Positions 36,276 through 46,359 of a stretch of 64,000 nucleotides of DNA are shown in pieces. The translations under genes were made by a program, and so were the position numbers. The stretch covers positions 45,579-109,578 of the IMG/VR virus record IMGVR_UViG_3300009529_000001; one strand, 5' to 3'. The notes below the pieces were generated by a model. That model was not told the origin of the DNA. It ran no database searches and saw only the letters and a list, made by a program, of their open reading frames with translations. This DNA comes from a virus. How positions within the stretch are numbered: the first letter of the stretch is position 1; each line of letters begins with the position of its first letter.

Positions 36276-37284
36276 ACTAGCATTTGGACCGATGAGTGAA
36301 GAAATTATCGAAGCTGTTTACAGATATTCTTCTAGTAAATACTCCAGTAAAACACTAGTTCAATTGATGCTTATTGCTTCTAGAAATCAAGTTGATTATG
36401 ATCATGGTTATGTATTTAAAACAAAAGAATATGCAACTTTTTTGGATAAAATGTATAAGCGTTATCCTGAAGCTGATATAAAAATTTGTCGAGATCATTG
36501 TGGTCTTGGATTTTCTAAAAGAAAAGATGATGATTTAAAATCTGTTTTTAAAACAATCGAAAATGATATTGAAAATGGCTTTGATCTTATTCACATAGAT
36601 TTGTGTCATTTAGATGCTAGCCTTAAAAGAAAACTATGTTGTTCTAAAAAACTTATGACTTTTGCTAAAGATTTAAATAAAAATATTTTGTTTGAAGTTG
36701 GAACAGACGAAAATATTGGAATTCCTGAAAATAATCCTAAAAAAATTATTGAAAATATTAATTATTTTTTGGATTCTGTTAATCTTGAATTTTATGTAGC
36801 GCAAACTGGAAGTCTTATTAAAGAAATGTACAATGTAGGAACTTTTGTAAAATATCTTGTAAAAGATATATCGGATGTTTTACATAATAAAGGAATAAAA
36901 CTTAAAGAACATAATGCTGATTATTTGTGTAAAGAAAATATTCAGGAAAGAATTGATTCAAATGTAGATGCATTAAATATAGCTCCTCAACTTGGAGTTA
37001 TTCAAACAAATTGTGTTTTAGCTCAATGTCAGATATATGGGATTGAATATAGAGATTTTTTATATATAGTGCATCAAGGAAGACGATGGGAAAAATGGAC
37101 TTCTGAAAAAGAAAATTTATATTTTCAAACTATTCTTGCTGGACACTATCACTATAAATCCCCCGAGTATCAGAAAATTATAACAGCGTTAAACAAATAT
37201 GTCGATATAAAAGAAATAATTATCGGACAAGTTACGGATTGCATTAGACATTACGATTCTTGCTTTAGGGGAGTAAACGAATGA
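36262..37284 (+). CDS. GatZ/KbaZ-like (tagatose-phosphate epimerase/aldolase-type) TIM-barrel protein
   Basis: LIASRNQVD, RDHCG, IHID, EVGTDE, KEHNADY, NIAPQLG. Confidence 0.7.
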   Translation: MLTSKLAFGPMSEEIIEAVYRYSSSKYSSKTLVQLMLIASRNQVDYDHGYVFKTKEYATFLDKMYKRYPEADIKICRDHCGLGFSKRKDDDLKSVFKTIENDIENGFDLIHIDLCHLDASLKRKLCCSKKLMTFAKDLNKNILFEVGTDENIGIPENNPKKIIENINYFLDSVNLEFYVAQTGSLIKEMYNVGTFVKYLVKDISDVLHNKGIKLKEHNADYLCKENIQERIDSNVDALNIAPQLGVIQTNCVLAQCQIYGIEYRDFLYIVHQGRRWEKWTSEKENLYFQTILAGHYHYKSPEYQKIITALNKYVDIKEIIIGQVTDCIRHYDSCFRGVNE

Positions 37285-37625
37285 CTGTAATAGATAAACC
37301 TTGGGGAACTGAAGAAATTCTAGAATCTAATGATAAGTATGTAGTTAAACGAATCTACATGGAAATAGGAAAAAAATGTAGTCTTCAATATCACGAAAGA
37401 AAGAAAGAAACAATATTTGTCTTAGTTGGTTCTTTAGAAGTAGATATAGGCGAATCTGTTAATAATCTAAAAACTATTATAGTAAATACAGCAGATGGTT
37501 TGACATTAGATCCTGGAGATATCCATAGAATGAAAGCTGTAGAAGAAGATTGTATTTATCTGGAGATGTCTACTCCAGAACTTGACGATGTTATAAGATT
37601 AGAGGATGATTATGGAAGAGTATAA
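37281..37625 (+). CDS. cupin (type II phosphomannose isomerase-like)
   Basis: KPWG, SLQYHERKKET, IHRM, EMSTPELDDVIRLEDDYGR. Confidence 0.85.
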   Translation: MTVIDKPWGTEEILESNDKYVVKRIYMEIGKKCSLQYHERKKETIFVLVGSLEVDIGESVNNLKTIIVNTADGLTLDPGDIHRMKAVEEDCIYLEMSTPELDDVIRLEDDYGRV

Positions 37626-39186
37626 AGTAGTTATACCTTGCGCTGGAGCAGGTGGACGCTTAGGTGGTCTAACTAAGCATGTCAACAAGGCTCTTATTAC
37701 TGTTGGCCTTAAACCTATTATTTCCTATATTATTGAAAAATTTCCTGAAAATATTGAATTTGTAATTGCTCTTGGATATAAAGGGCAATTAGTTAAAGAC
37801 TTTCTTGAGCTTGCTTATCCTGAAAGAAAATTTACTTTTGTAGATGTTGATCTTTACGAAGGAGAAGGATCAAGTGTTGGTTATTCTTTATTCTCCTGTA
37901 AAAAACATTTACAATGTCCATTTATTTTTTGTGCTAATGATACGATAGTTACGGAAGAGATTCCTTGTCCAGTAAAAGATTGGATAGGATATTATGCATT
38001 AAAAAAAGCTAATGATAATTATAGATCAGTTAGTCTTGATTTTAATGTAGTTAATTATGTCCATGAAAAGGGTGAAAATCCGAACGCACGTCCTTATATA
38101 GGATTATGCGGTATAAACAGTTATAAAAGATTTTGGAGAGCAATGGAAGATAGTGATTTATCAGAAGGGGAATGTATTGGATTAAATGCTATATGTCAAC
38201 TTCATGCATATCCTTTTATGTGGCAAGATACGGGTAATCTATCTGATTTAGATTCTGCACGTGCAAGAATTGGACAGCAAAAAGAATTAACTATTCTTCC
38301 TAAAGAGGATGAAGCTATTTGGTTTGTTAATGACAAAGTAATAAAATTCCATATTGATAAAGATTTTATTAAGAATAGAATAGAACGGGCAAAGCATTTA
38401 GAAGGATATGTGCCAACGCTTCTTGACGCAAGAGAAAACATGTATAGTTATAAAAAGGTTGAAGGAAGAATGTTTTCAAAAAGTGATTCTATATTATCGG
38501 ATTTTAAAATCCTTCTTAAAGTTTTAGGAGGAGGTTTTTGGAAACTTTGTGGTTTGAATCCCGATGAAGAAAAAGAATTTGATAAAGCTTGTATAAAATT
38601 TTATAAAGATAAGACGTATCAAAGAATTGAACAATATTTTTCAAAATATGATTATAAAGATACTGAAGAAAGAATAAACAGAACATATACGCCGAAATTA
38701 TTTAGTATGCTTGATACTTTGGACTGGGATAATATTACTGATGGTTTTGCTGTCAGATTTCATGGAGATTTACATTTTGAAAATATTGTTATAAATGAAG
38801 AAACTGATTTAATGGATTTTTATTTTATGGATTGGCGACAAGATTTTGGAGGAATTGTAGGAAGATGTGGGGATATCTATTATGATTTCGCAAAGCTGTT
38901 ACATGGTATGATAGTTTCTCATGAATTGATAGCGGATGGAAAATTTAATATTTGTAAAAAGAATACTATGATTAATTTTGATTTTCTACGGAAACAAAGT
39001 CTAATAGATTGTGAGAATTATTTTATGGAATGGATTTTAACAAAACCTCAATTTGATTATTATAAAGTAGCTGTTTTGACTGCACTTATTTTTCTTAATA
39101 TTGCTCCGCTTCATGAACATCCTTATTCTGAATTTTTGTTTTATCTTGGAAAATCGTATCTTTACAAAGTAACAAGTGAAGTATGA
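37612..39186 (+). CDS. nucleotidyltransferase fused to a choline/aminoglycoside kinase-like domain
   Basis: IPCAGAGGRL..LT...NKAL at the N-terminus; FHGDLHFENI, MDWR, DIYYDFAKL at the C-terminus. Confidence 0.8.
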   Translation: MEEYKVVIPCAGAGGRLGGLTKHVNKALITVGLKPIISYIIEKFPENIEFVIALGYKGQLVKDFLELAYPERKFTFVDVDLYEGEGSSVGYSLFSCKKHLQCPFIFCANDTIVTEEIPCPVKDWIGYYALKKANDNYRSVSLDFNVVNYVHEKGENPNARPYIGLCGINSYKRFWRAMEDSDLSEGECIGLNAICQLHAYPFMWQDTGNLSDLDSARARIGQQKELTILPKEDEAIWFVNDKVIKFHIDKDFIKNRIERAKHLEGYVPTLLDARENMYSYKKVEGRMFSKSDSILSDFKILLKVLGGGFWKLCGLNPDEEKEFDKACIKFYKDKTYQRIEQYFSKYDYKDTEERINRTYTPKLFSMLDTLDWDNITDGFAVRFHGDLHFENIVINEETDLMDFYFMDWRQDFGGIVGRCGDIYYDFAKLLHGMIVSHELIADGKFNICKKNTMINFDFLRKQSLIDCENYFMEWILTKPQFDYYKVAVLTALIFLNIAPLHEHPYSEFLFYLGKSYLYKVTSEV

Positions 39187-40022
39187 GAATAGCACTTTGT
39201 CTATCAGGTCTTATTGGTAATGCCAAGGGAAAATCTGGCGATGCTTCTTCAGAACAATCTGTTTTAGATATTTCTTTTAAGTATTGGAAGAAACATGTTT
39301 TAGATAAAAATGATGATATTGATGTTTTTATCCATACTTGGGATGTAGATCTTGAAGATAGAATTAAACAATTATTTGATCCTCTTCTTATTACAGTAGA
39401 AAAACAAAAAATTTTTGATATTCCTGATTATGTAGTTGGACATCCTGAACAAAGAAAACAAAACCATTATAGTAGATGGTATGGAAATAGAGAAGCTGTT
39501 GGTTTAAAAAGAGAGTATGAAGATTATTGTGATTTTAAATATGATATGGTTATGCTTTCTAGATTTGATGTAGCATGGCAAACCGATGTAATTTTTTCAA
39601 AATTTGATTCTTCTTGTTTTTATGTAGGAAATTGGTGTACGTTAAGAGATAAAAAAACAAATTTGAATTGTTTTAAAGATGGAAGAGGAGATCTTTATGA
39701 ACGTTTGGAAACTGAACCTCTTTCTAATTTTAAACATTCACATTTTCCTATCAGAAGAGGAATGTTAGATCATTGGTTTTTCTCTCATTCTGAAAATATA
39801 GATAATTTTGCTGAACTTTATAGCAATTTGGATGAATATTTAAAAGATCCAAAAGCATCTAGAGATCCTAATAAACCCGATAGTTCTTTAAATATTTGTA
39901 ATCATCAATTGGTTTGTTATCATCTTCAAAAGCTTGGACTTTTTGATAAAGTGCGTTGTGTTTTTCATTCGTTTAGTGATTTTCCATTAACAAGATATAA
40001 ATTTTTAGGATCCAAAATATGA
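39183..40022 (+). CDS. glycosyltransferase-like protein, tandem paralog A
   Basis: MRIALCLSG, DVFIHTW, YDMVMLSRFD, DHWF. Confidence 0.65.
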   Translation: MRIALCLSGLIGNAKGKSGDASSEQSVLDISFKYWKKHVLDKNDDIDVFIHTWDVDLEDRIKQLFDPLLITVEKQKIFDIPDYVVGHPEQRKQNHYSRWYGNREAVGLKREYEDYCDFKYDMVMLSRFDVAWQTDVIFSKFDSSCFYVGNWCTLRDKKTNLNCFKDGRGDLYERLETEPLSNFKHSHFPIRRGMLDHWFFSHSENIDNFAELYSNLDEYLKDPKASRDPNKPDSSLNICNHQLVCYHLQKLGLFDKVRCVFHSFSDFPLTRYKFLGSKI

Positions 40023-40831
40023 AAACAGCATTGTGTTTATTCGGATTAGTCGGTAATATCAAAGGGAAAGCTGGTAAGCATTCTTCTGACAATGAACTTC
40101 TTGAACTTTGTTATAAACATTATAAAGAACACATTTTAGACAAGAATGATATTGATGTATTTATTCACACTTGGGATATTCAATTTAAAGATAGAATTTT
40201 AGAATTATATAAACCTAAAGATTCGATTTTTGAAAAACAAATTCAATTTAAAACTCCTGATTATATCAAGAGTAATAAGTTAAGAAAAAATAATCACTAT
40301 AGTAGATGGTATAGTGCTTGGAAATCTGTATGTCTTAAATATCGGTTTGAAAGAATGTTTAAATTTAAATATGATATGGTTATGTCAAGTAGATTTGATC
40401 AAACTTGGGAAACTGATGTTGTATTTGAAAAGTTTGATCCACAATATTTTTACGCAGGACATTGGTGTGAATTATTTGACATGGTTGGTCGAGTTTTTAG
40501 TGCTGGACAAGGACCGTTATATAAGTGGATAAAAGAAGGTAGAGATATATCTGATCTTAAACATTCGCATTATACTAAAGAAAATAAGGGATTAGTCGAT
40601 CATTGGTTTTTTTCTAATTCAAAATATATGGATAAATTCCATACACTTTTTTTGCATTTGGATGAATATCTAAAAGACCCCGAAGCATCTAAAAATGGTA
40701 AAATTTCTAATCATGCTTTGGCTCCTTATCATCTTAAAAAAATTGGATTGTGGGATAAACTCAAATTTGTATTCCATTTTTTCGATGATTTCCCATTAGC
40801 GCGAAGAAAATATTTTGGAGTGATAGAATGA
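40019..40831 (+). CDS. glycosyltransferase-like protein, tandem paralog B
   Basis: Shares DVFIHTWD, NHYSRWY, YDMVM.SRFD, DHWFFS, DEYLKDP with paralog A. Confidence 0.65.
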   Translation: MKTALCLFGLVGNIKGKAGKHSSDNELLELCYKHYKEHILDKNDIDVFIHTWDIQFKDRILELYKPKDSIFEKQIQFKTPDYIKSNKLRKNNHYSRWYSAWKSVCLKYRFERMFKFKYDMVMSSRFDQTWETDVVFEKFDPQYFYAGHWCELFDMVGRVFSAGQGPLYKWIKEGRDISDLKHSHYTKENKGLVDHWFFSNSKYMDKFHTLFLHLDEYLKDPEASKNGKISNHALAPYHLKKIGLWDKLKFVFHFFDDFPLARRKYFGVIE

Positions 40832-41382
40832 GTTTTAATAAAGAAATGATAATAGAAGCCATAGAATTAATTGATCCTAGATATGAACACGTTCTTGAAT
40901 TTGGAGTATATAAAGGACGATCTATAAAAATTATTCGAGAAAATCTACCAAATTCTTTTAGAGTATTTGGTTTTGATTCTTTTGAAGGATTGCCAGAAGA
41001 TTGGAAAGATTCTAAAAACAATCTTGTAGGAAAATGTAAAAAGGGATTTTTTTCTACTAATGGTAAAATTCCCGATATAAGAGGAGTAAAGTTTTTTAAA
41101 GGATGGTTTAAAGATACAATTTCTGAATATAAAAAGATCGCTCAGAAAATTGCTTTTATCCATATAGATTCTGATTTGTATAGTTCTGCGAAAGAAATAT
41201 TATGGGGATTAAATGATTATATTGTTAAAGGGACCATTCTTCTTTTTGATGAATGGTATTATGATCATGATCCTAAATATAATGATCATGAAGAAAAAGC
41301 ATTTTTTGAATGGTCAGAAAAATTTAAAAGAAGATATGAAATGTTTGCTGAATACGATGGTAAACAAATTGTGAGGATTTAA
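40828..41382 (+). CDS. TylF/MycF-like O-methyltransferase
   Basis: LEFGVYKG, GFDSFEGLPEDW, KGWF, HIDSDLYSS, FDE. Confidence 0.85.
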   Translation: MSFNKEMIIEAIELIDPRYEHVLEFGVYKGRSIKIIRENLPNSFRVFGFDSFEGLPEDWKDSKNNLVGKCKKGFFSTNGKIPDIRGVKFFKGWFKDTISEYKKIAQKIAFIHIDSDLYSSAKEILWGLNDYIVKGTILLFDEWYYDHDPKYNDHEEKAFFEWSEKFKRRYEMFAEYDGKQIVRI

Positions 41383-41384
41383 AA

Positions 41385-42689
41385 ATGATTAGATGTGATT
41401 ACCCTAATTGTGGATGTAAAAAAACTACTACTTTCAAATGGATTTCTCATGTTTTAAAAACAATTTATTTTGAAGTTCCTAAAGTAGCATCTACAAGTAT
41501 ACGAAAAGGATGTTTCGGTATTGATGTAAATGATCTAAAGAAAAATAATCCTTATGATTTTGAAGTATTTCGAGATTCCAATCTTGAAAAATATTCTGAT
41601 TATTTTAAATTTACAATTGTCCGAAATCCTTGGGACAGAATCGTATCTATTTGGAAAATGTATACAACACAGTCTTCTCGCAAAAAACAAATAAAAAAAT
41701 TATTCAAAATAGAAGATCCTGCTAATCTTTCTTTCCTAGAATTTATTGAAAAAATGACAGAAAAGAGGAATCACCATTGGGAACAACAAATTGAATTTTT
41801 GCCTAATTTAAATGAATTAGATTACATAGGAAGATTTGAAAATCTTAGGGAAGCTTGGCATTTTATTTCTTATAAATTAGGAATAAATACAAAATTACAG
41901 AAATTAAATGTCACAGATCATTACCATTATCATTATAGTGAATATTATGACAGAATAACAAAAGGAATTGTAGAGAAAGAATATGCGAAAGATTTTAAAA
42001 TACTTAAATTCAAATTTGAAGTGCTTTCTTACTGTGATAATTTTTCTAAAGAAAAATCTAATATTGCAGGATTAAAATATATTCCGACTCAGGAACCATA
42101 TAGAAGTAATGGTTGTCAAATGATGAATATTCCTTCTTGGTTAGTAAGAAGAAAGGAAATGAGAAAAGATAGTTTTTCTGTAAGGAATAGAAAAATTTTA
42201 TTTAAACGTATTACTCCTGAAATGAAATGTATCTTAGAAATTGGCGTCAATAGATATGCAGAAAAATCTTCTACAAGTATTGTTTTTAAAGGTAAATCTG
42301 ACGATTGTGTTTACTTAGGAATTGATTTAATGGATAAATCTTATTTGGATAATCCTGAAAAGAATATATATACAATGAAATGCAATTCAAATTTAAAACA
42401 AAAGGTTATAGATAAATTAAATAGTTTAGGACAAGAACAGATAAATCTTCTTATTATTGATGGGGATCATTCAATCAATGGCGTTATAGGTGATTGGGGA
42501 TTTACTAAATGGCTTGCTGAAGATGGGATTGTATTTTTACATGATACAAATGCACATACTGGTCCTATGCTTGTTTATGACGCTATAGATGAAACTATGT
42601 ACAAAAAGAAGAAACGTTGTACTGGAAGAAATGAAGATGGCAGTTTTAAAGATTGGGGAATTGGTGTTTGTAGGAAGATTAAAGAATAG
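41385..42689 (+). CDS. sulfotransferase (family 2) fused to a methyltransferase (Methyltransf_24-like)
   Basis: PKVASTS, VRNPWDRIVS, IGRFENL; then LEIGV, IIDGDHS, FLHDT. Confidence 0.8.
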   Translation: MIRCDYPNCGCKKTTTFKWISHVLKTIYFEVPKVASTSIRKGCFGIDVNDLKKNNPYDFEVFRDSNLEKYSDYFKFTIVRNPWDRIVSIWKMYTTQSSRKKQIKKLFKIEDPANLSFLEFIEKMTEKRNHHWEQQIEFLPNLNELDYIGRFENLREAWHFISYKLGINTKLQKLNVTDHYHYHYSEYYDRITKGIVEKEYAKDFKILKFKFEVLSYCDNFSKEKSNIAGLKYIPTQEPYRSNGCQMMNIPSWLVRRKEMRKDSFSVRNRKILFKRITPEMKCILEIGVNRYAEKSSTSIVFKGKSDDCVYLGIDLMDKSYLDNPEKNIYTMKCNSNLKQKVIDKLNSLGQEQINLLIIDGDHSINGVIGDWGFTKWLAEDGIVFLHDTNAHTGPMLVYDAIDETMYKKKKRCTGRNEDGSFKDWGIGVCRKIKE

Positions 42690-43617
42690 AAATTACATCT
42701 ACAAATTTAAGCATATTACTTTTTCTATTCCCAATATAAGAAATTAATCTTTTTTGTAGATTTTTCGCTAATTTTTGGCGAAATTCATGATTTTTTATAA
42801 GATATTTTGTATATTCTATAAGTTTTTCGGGTGTTCTTGCTAAAAGTGCAGTTTCCTTGTGTATAGCATAATCCCGGACCCCTCCAATATCCATACCTGC
42901 AATAGCACAACCACAGAGACCAGCTTCCATTGGAGGAATATGTAAGCCTTCCGTCTGAGAAGTAAACATCCAAATATCACACTCATTATAGATCCAATTT
43001 AATTTTTCAGAATCAGGAGATCTGTAATAAGAACAAGTATTAAATTTTACATCATTCACTCCAAATGTTATGACTCTGATTTTTTCTGTTTTTCTAATTT
43101 CGTTTATAGTTCTTTTAAATAAATCAAATCTTTTATATCCTCTTTCGTGATACAATCCTCCGATAGTTATTCCTGTTCTTGCGAAATTACGAGAATAAAA
43201 TATATCCAAATCTAAACCCGGATAAACAACAGGTGGATAAGAATTAAATCTTCCAATTCTATTACTAAGCCATCTTGCATTCGTAATAATTCTGATTTTT
43301 TTGCAAAGTTCTAATATTTTTTCATCAGACTGAGACCAATTTTCCCAACCTCTTACGTACCAAATTTTCTTAGCTTTAGTTTTAAATTCCAACAATGGAG
43401 GAACTGAATTAATACCAGTAGCTATTATAACATCTAAATCTTTAGAATATTCTTTTGTAATACGTGCTACACATTTAGACCATGTGTAATTGTATTTGTC
43501 TGCAACAAGATAGACTTCATGTCCTAATTCTGTCAAAACATTTGCACAGGAAACAATAGTTTTTGTTCCACCATTGTTTCCATAACCACAGCCTAAAGCA
43601 GTGAAAGCAATTCTCAT
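42679..43617 (-). CDS. glycosyltransferase family 4
   Basis: GGTKTI, EGLHIPPMEAGLCG, GGVRDYA. Confidence 0.85.
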   Translation of the reverse strand: MRIAFTALGCGYGNNGGTKTIVSCANVLTELGHEVYLVADKYNYTWSKCVARITKEYSKDLDVIIATGINSVPPLLEFKTKAKKIWYVRGWENWSQSDEKILELCKKIRIITNARWLSNRIGRFNSYPPVVYPGLDLDIFYSRNFARTGITIGGLYHERGYKRFDLFKRTINEIRKTEKIRVITFGVNDVKFNTCSYYRSPDSEKLNWIYNECDIWMFTSQTEGLHIPPMEAGLCGCAIAGMDIGGVRDYAIHKETALLARTPEKLIEYTKYLIKNHEFRQKLAKNLQKRLISYIGNRKSNMLKFVDVISIL

Positions 43618-44582
43618 TTGATTATATCCCAAAGATGTTTTGCAGCATGATTGATAGAAAGATTTTTCCAGTAATAATTATAAGAATTGTATTGATCGTA
43701 ATGTTTAAGGATATGATAAATGCCATTTAATATACCTAATGTATTAAGTTGACAAGATATTCCAGTTTCAGGAGTAATATATTTTTCAAACCAAATATTC
43801 ATGTCATTGGTCACTATTACAGGAAGACCACATACAAGAAATTCTGGTAAAACTCTTGGACAAGAATCGTATTCTGTGCTGCATATCAAACCCATTTTAC
43901 ATTGACTCATAAAAGCAGAAAGATTTGCTCGTCTTTGCCATCCTACTGATTTGATATTATGTTTTTTGGCAAGCTGTTTATCTCTATCATTTAACATTCC
44001 TATATGAAGAAGAGAATATCTAGAATCTTTGAAAGTTTCAAAAGTTAGTTTGATTCTTTTTATATCTTTGTCAGTAGAATTTGCCATAAAACAAACATCG
44101 TAATTTTTCTTTCCAAATCGAAACGAAGGATGAGGATAAAAGATATTTTCTGCTGCGGGTTTAATAAATAATTTAGAACCAGGAACTTGTTTTTGTTGTT
44201 TGACACTATCGACTAAAATAATATCCCAATTGCCGTCAGACGGTTTAAAACGATTACCGGCACCATAGTATACCCATTTTGCACTTTGAATCGTCTGACG
44301 AGCCTTTAAACAATCAGAGAACCCACCTCTAGCAATAACAACATCGAAATCGGTAACAGGCAGTTTATTTAAATCAGGAACCCATCTTTCGACGAATCTA
44401 GGACTAACAACTTTGATTTTTTTATAATCTCCTCCCCAATACCATAGTTCTACTTCATTAAAATATTTACACATTCTTTCAGCAAGGATAGTCCACATGT
44501 CTTCGCATTGCCATATGTGATCGTATTTAAGCCTTTCGGGCTTAAAAGTAGGAACTTTACCACGAAGGAAAAGAAGTTTCAC
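43614..44582 (-). CDS. glycosyltransferase family 4
   Basis: DSCPRVLPEFLVCGLPV. Confidence 0.75.
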   Translation of the reverse strand: MKLLFLRGKVPTFKPERLKYDHIWQCEDMWTILAERMCKYFNEVELWYWGGDYKKIKVVSPRFVERWVPDLNKLPVTDFDVVIARGGFSDCLKARQTIQSAKWVYYGAGNRFKPSDGNWDIILVDSVKQQKQVPGSKLFIKPAAENIFYPHPSFRFGKKNYDVCFMANSTDKDIKRIKLTFETFKDSRYSLLHIGMLNDRDKQLAKKHNIKSVGWQRRANLSAFMSQCKMGLICSTEYDSCPRVLPEFLVCGLPVIVTNDMNIWFEKYITPETGISCQLNTLGILNGIYHILKHYDQYNSYNYYWKNLSINHAAKHLWDIIK

Positions 44583-45418
44583 AGAATCGCTCCCTCGATA
44601 TCTTCCCAGTCACGTTTTTTACGAAGACGTAAATTGTTTTCCCAAGCGGATTCAAGGAAAGAAGTATCAATATCTAAATCTTTGAATAATCCTATGATTG
44701 ATCGCATATCTTTAGGAAGACATTTGCCACCAAATCCTCTAGCATTGGAAACTTTCAAATGTTCAGCAGAATACATAGGATCGGCAGTAACGATTTCTAC
44801 AAGTTTTTCGTAATCTACACCAAGTTTATCAAATCCTTGTTTCATCACATTTGCGTATATGACTTTGATTGCTCCTAAGGAATTTGCAAAATATTTTGTA
44901 GCTTCAGCAGTAACAGTATCACATCTATATATTGGAATATCTTTGTTAATATTTTCTAAAGATCTTATGTATTCATTGACCTTACAAGGATATTCTGCCC
45001 CTATAACATGACGTTTTGGATTTATGGCGTCAAACATCCAAATAGATTCAGTAAGAAATTCAGGAGAAAAATAGATATTAGAATAGCCAGTACTTCTGAT
45101 TAATTCTTTAGTTGTACCAGGAGTAACAGAAGATTTGATAATAATATGTTTTAAATGTTTGGTTTTGATTTTAACTATATCTCCTACTATTTGTTCTACA
45201 AGATGAACACTTATTCTAGGATTATTATTTATATCTACACAAGGAGTAGGAACACAAACAAAAATAAATTTGGATTCTTTTACAACTTCTTCAAAGCTAT
45301 AAGTATCAGGATTTTTAGGATCATAAAATTTTATTGAAATATTTTTTCGATGATGTTTAAAGAAAAGAGCTGTTGCTTTTCCAACAATGCCATAACCTAT
45401 GATTCCAATATTATTCAT
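44579..45418 (-). CDS. UDP-glucose/GDP-mannose 6-dehydrogenase (short form lacking C-terminal domain)
   Basis: GIIGYGIVG, CVPTP, IKSSVTPGT, SPEFL, KYFAN, GFGGKCLPKD. Confidence 0.9.
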   Translation of the reverse strand: MNNIGIIGYGIVGKATALFFKHHRKNISIKFYDPKNPDTYSFEEVVKESKFIFVCVPTPCVDINNNPRISVHLVEQIVGDIVKIKTKHLKHIIIKSSVTPGTTKELIRSTGYSNIYFSPEFLTESIWMFDAINPKRHVIGAEYPCKVNEYIRSLENINKDIPIYRCDTVTAEATKYFANSLGAIKVIYANVMKQGFDKLGVDYEKLVEIVTADPMYSAEHLKVSNARGFGGKCLPKDMRSIIGLFKDLDIDTSFLESAWENNLRLRKKRDWEDIEGAIL

Positions 45419-45420
45419 TT

Positions 45421-46359
45421 TTAAACCTTTGTAATAGGATGAAAATGCATTCTGGCTTTACCTACCTGTTTTTTAATCTTCCAATACTTACCCCACTCAC
45501 AGAGACAAAATTCCATATCTTGAAGTGTCAATCGTGGACCTTTGAATTTAATGCCAAGATGTTCAAAATGTTCATCTTGTTCATCGGTAAGTTCCGACAT
45601 TGCATCTGTGTAGGAAATACATTCCCTATTAGGATATATTGTTTCTATTCCAAATTCGCATCCTGGTCCTGGATTAGCAAAAGTATCACGAACTTTGTCA
45701 GGGAATACTCCAGCATAGACCATATCTATACAGACTTCGTATGAAGTAAATCCTCCGAATCCATATTGTTTAAGAAAAAATTTAAAGCATCCTTCCCAAT
45801 CTAAAATTTTTCTAAACTTTTTAATTTCTTTCCAGATATACTTCCAATTCTTTTTGAGTTTGGTGACGATAGTAATGAAATTAGCAATACGAGACTGCTT
45901 AAGATTTGATTGACAAGTAATGTGCGCATTTGTAAAGACTCTAAATCCTTTTGATTTGTAGGAATTAAGGCGTTTTTCGTATTTTTCGGGATTAAATTTT
46001 TTTCTGAGAGGAATTCCACAGGCTTCAAAGGTTTCGATATTGTTGTTAATCCTATAAAAAATGCAAGCCCAAACTTTATCTTGAAGTCTCGGATACTTAT
46101 CGTTTTCAATAATATTTTTAATCATCCACTGACTGCCACGATCAAGAATACGATAAACATTAGTAAATTTATATTTTTCTAATATTGGGTCTTTAGTCCA
46201 CGGAGGAGGTTTTTTCTTTATAAATCGACGTATATAAATGTTATGACGTTTATGAAGGAATCTGAAAAACATATCAAGATTTTTCTGACAAACTTCAGGA
46301 TAATCTTCAGGTTTTGGAAGAGCAGATAAAGATTTAGAAGATTCTCTTTTTAGAACCAT
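45421..46359 (-). CDS. aGPT-Pplase1 family (alpha-glutamyl/putrescinyl-thymine transferase clade 1) DNA thymine-hypermodification enzyme
   Basis: RH.IY.RR..PPPWTKDPIL..YKFTNVYR.LDRGS, GGFTSYEV..D, NPGPG...G, DMEFCLCEWGKY. Confidence 0.8.
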   Translation of the reverse strand: MVLKRESSKSLSALPKPEDYPEVCQKNLDMFFRFLHKRHNIYIRRFIKKKPPPWTKDPILEKYKFTNVYRILDRGSQWMIKNIIENDKYPRLQDKVWACIFYRINNNIETFEACGIPLRKKFNPEKYEKRLNSYKSKGFRVFTNAHITCQSNLKQSRIANFITIVTKLKKNWKYIWKEIKKFRKILDWEGCFKFFLKQYGFGGFTSYEVCIDMVYAGVFPDKVRDTFANPGPGCEFGIETIYPNRECISYTDAMSELTDEQDEHFEHLGIKFKGPRLTLQDMEFCLCEWGKYWKIKKQVGKARMHFHPITKV

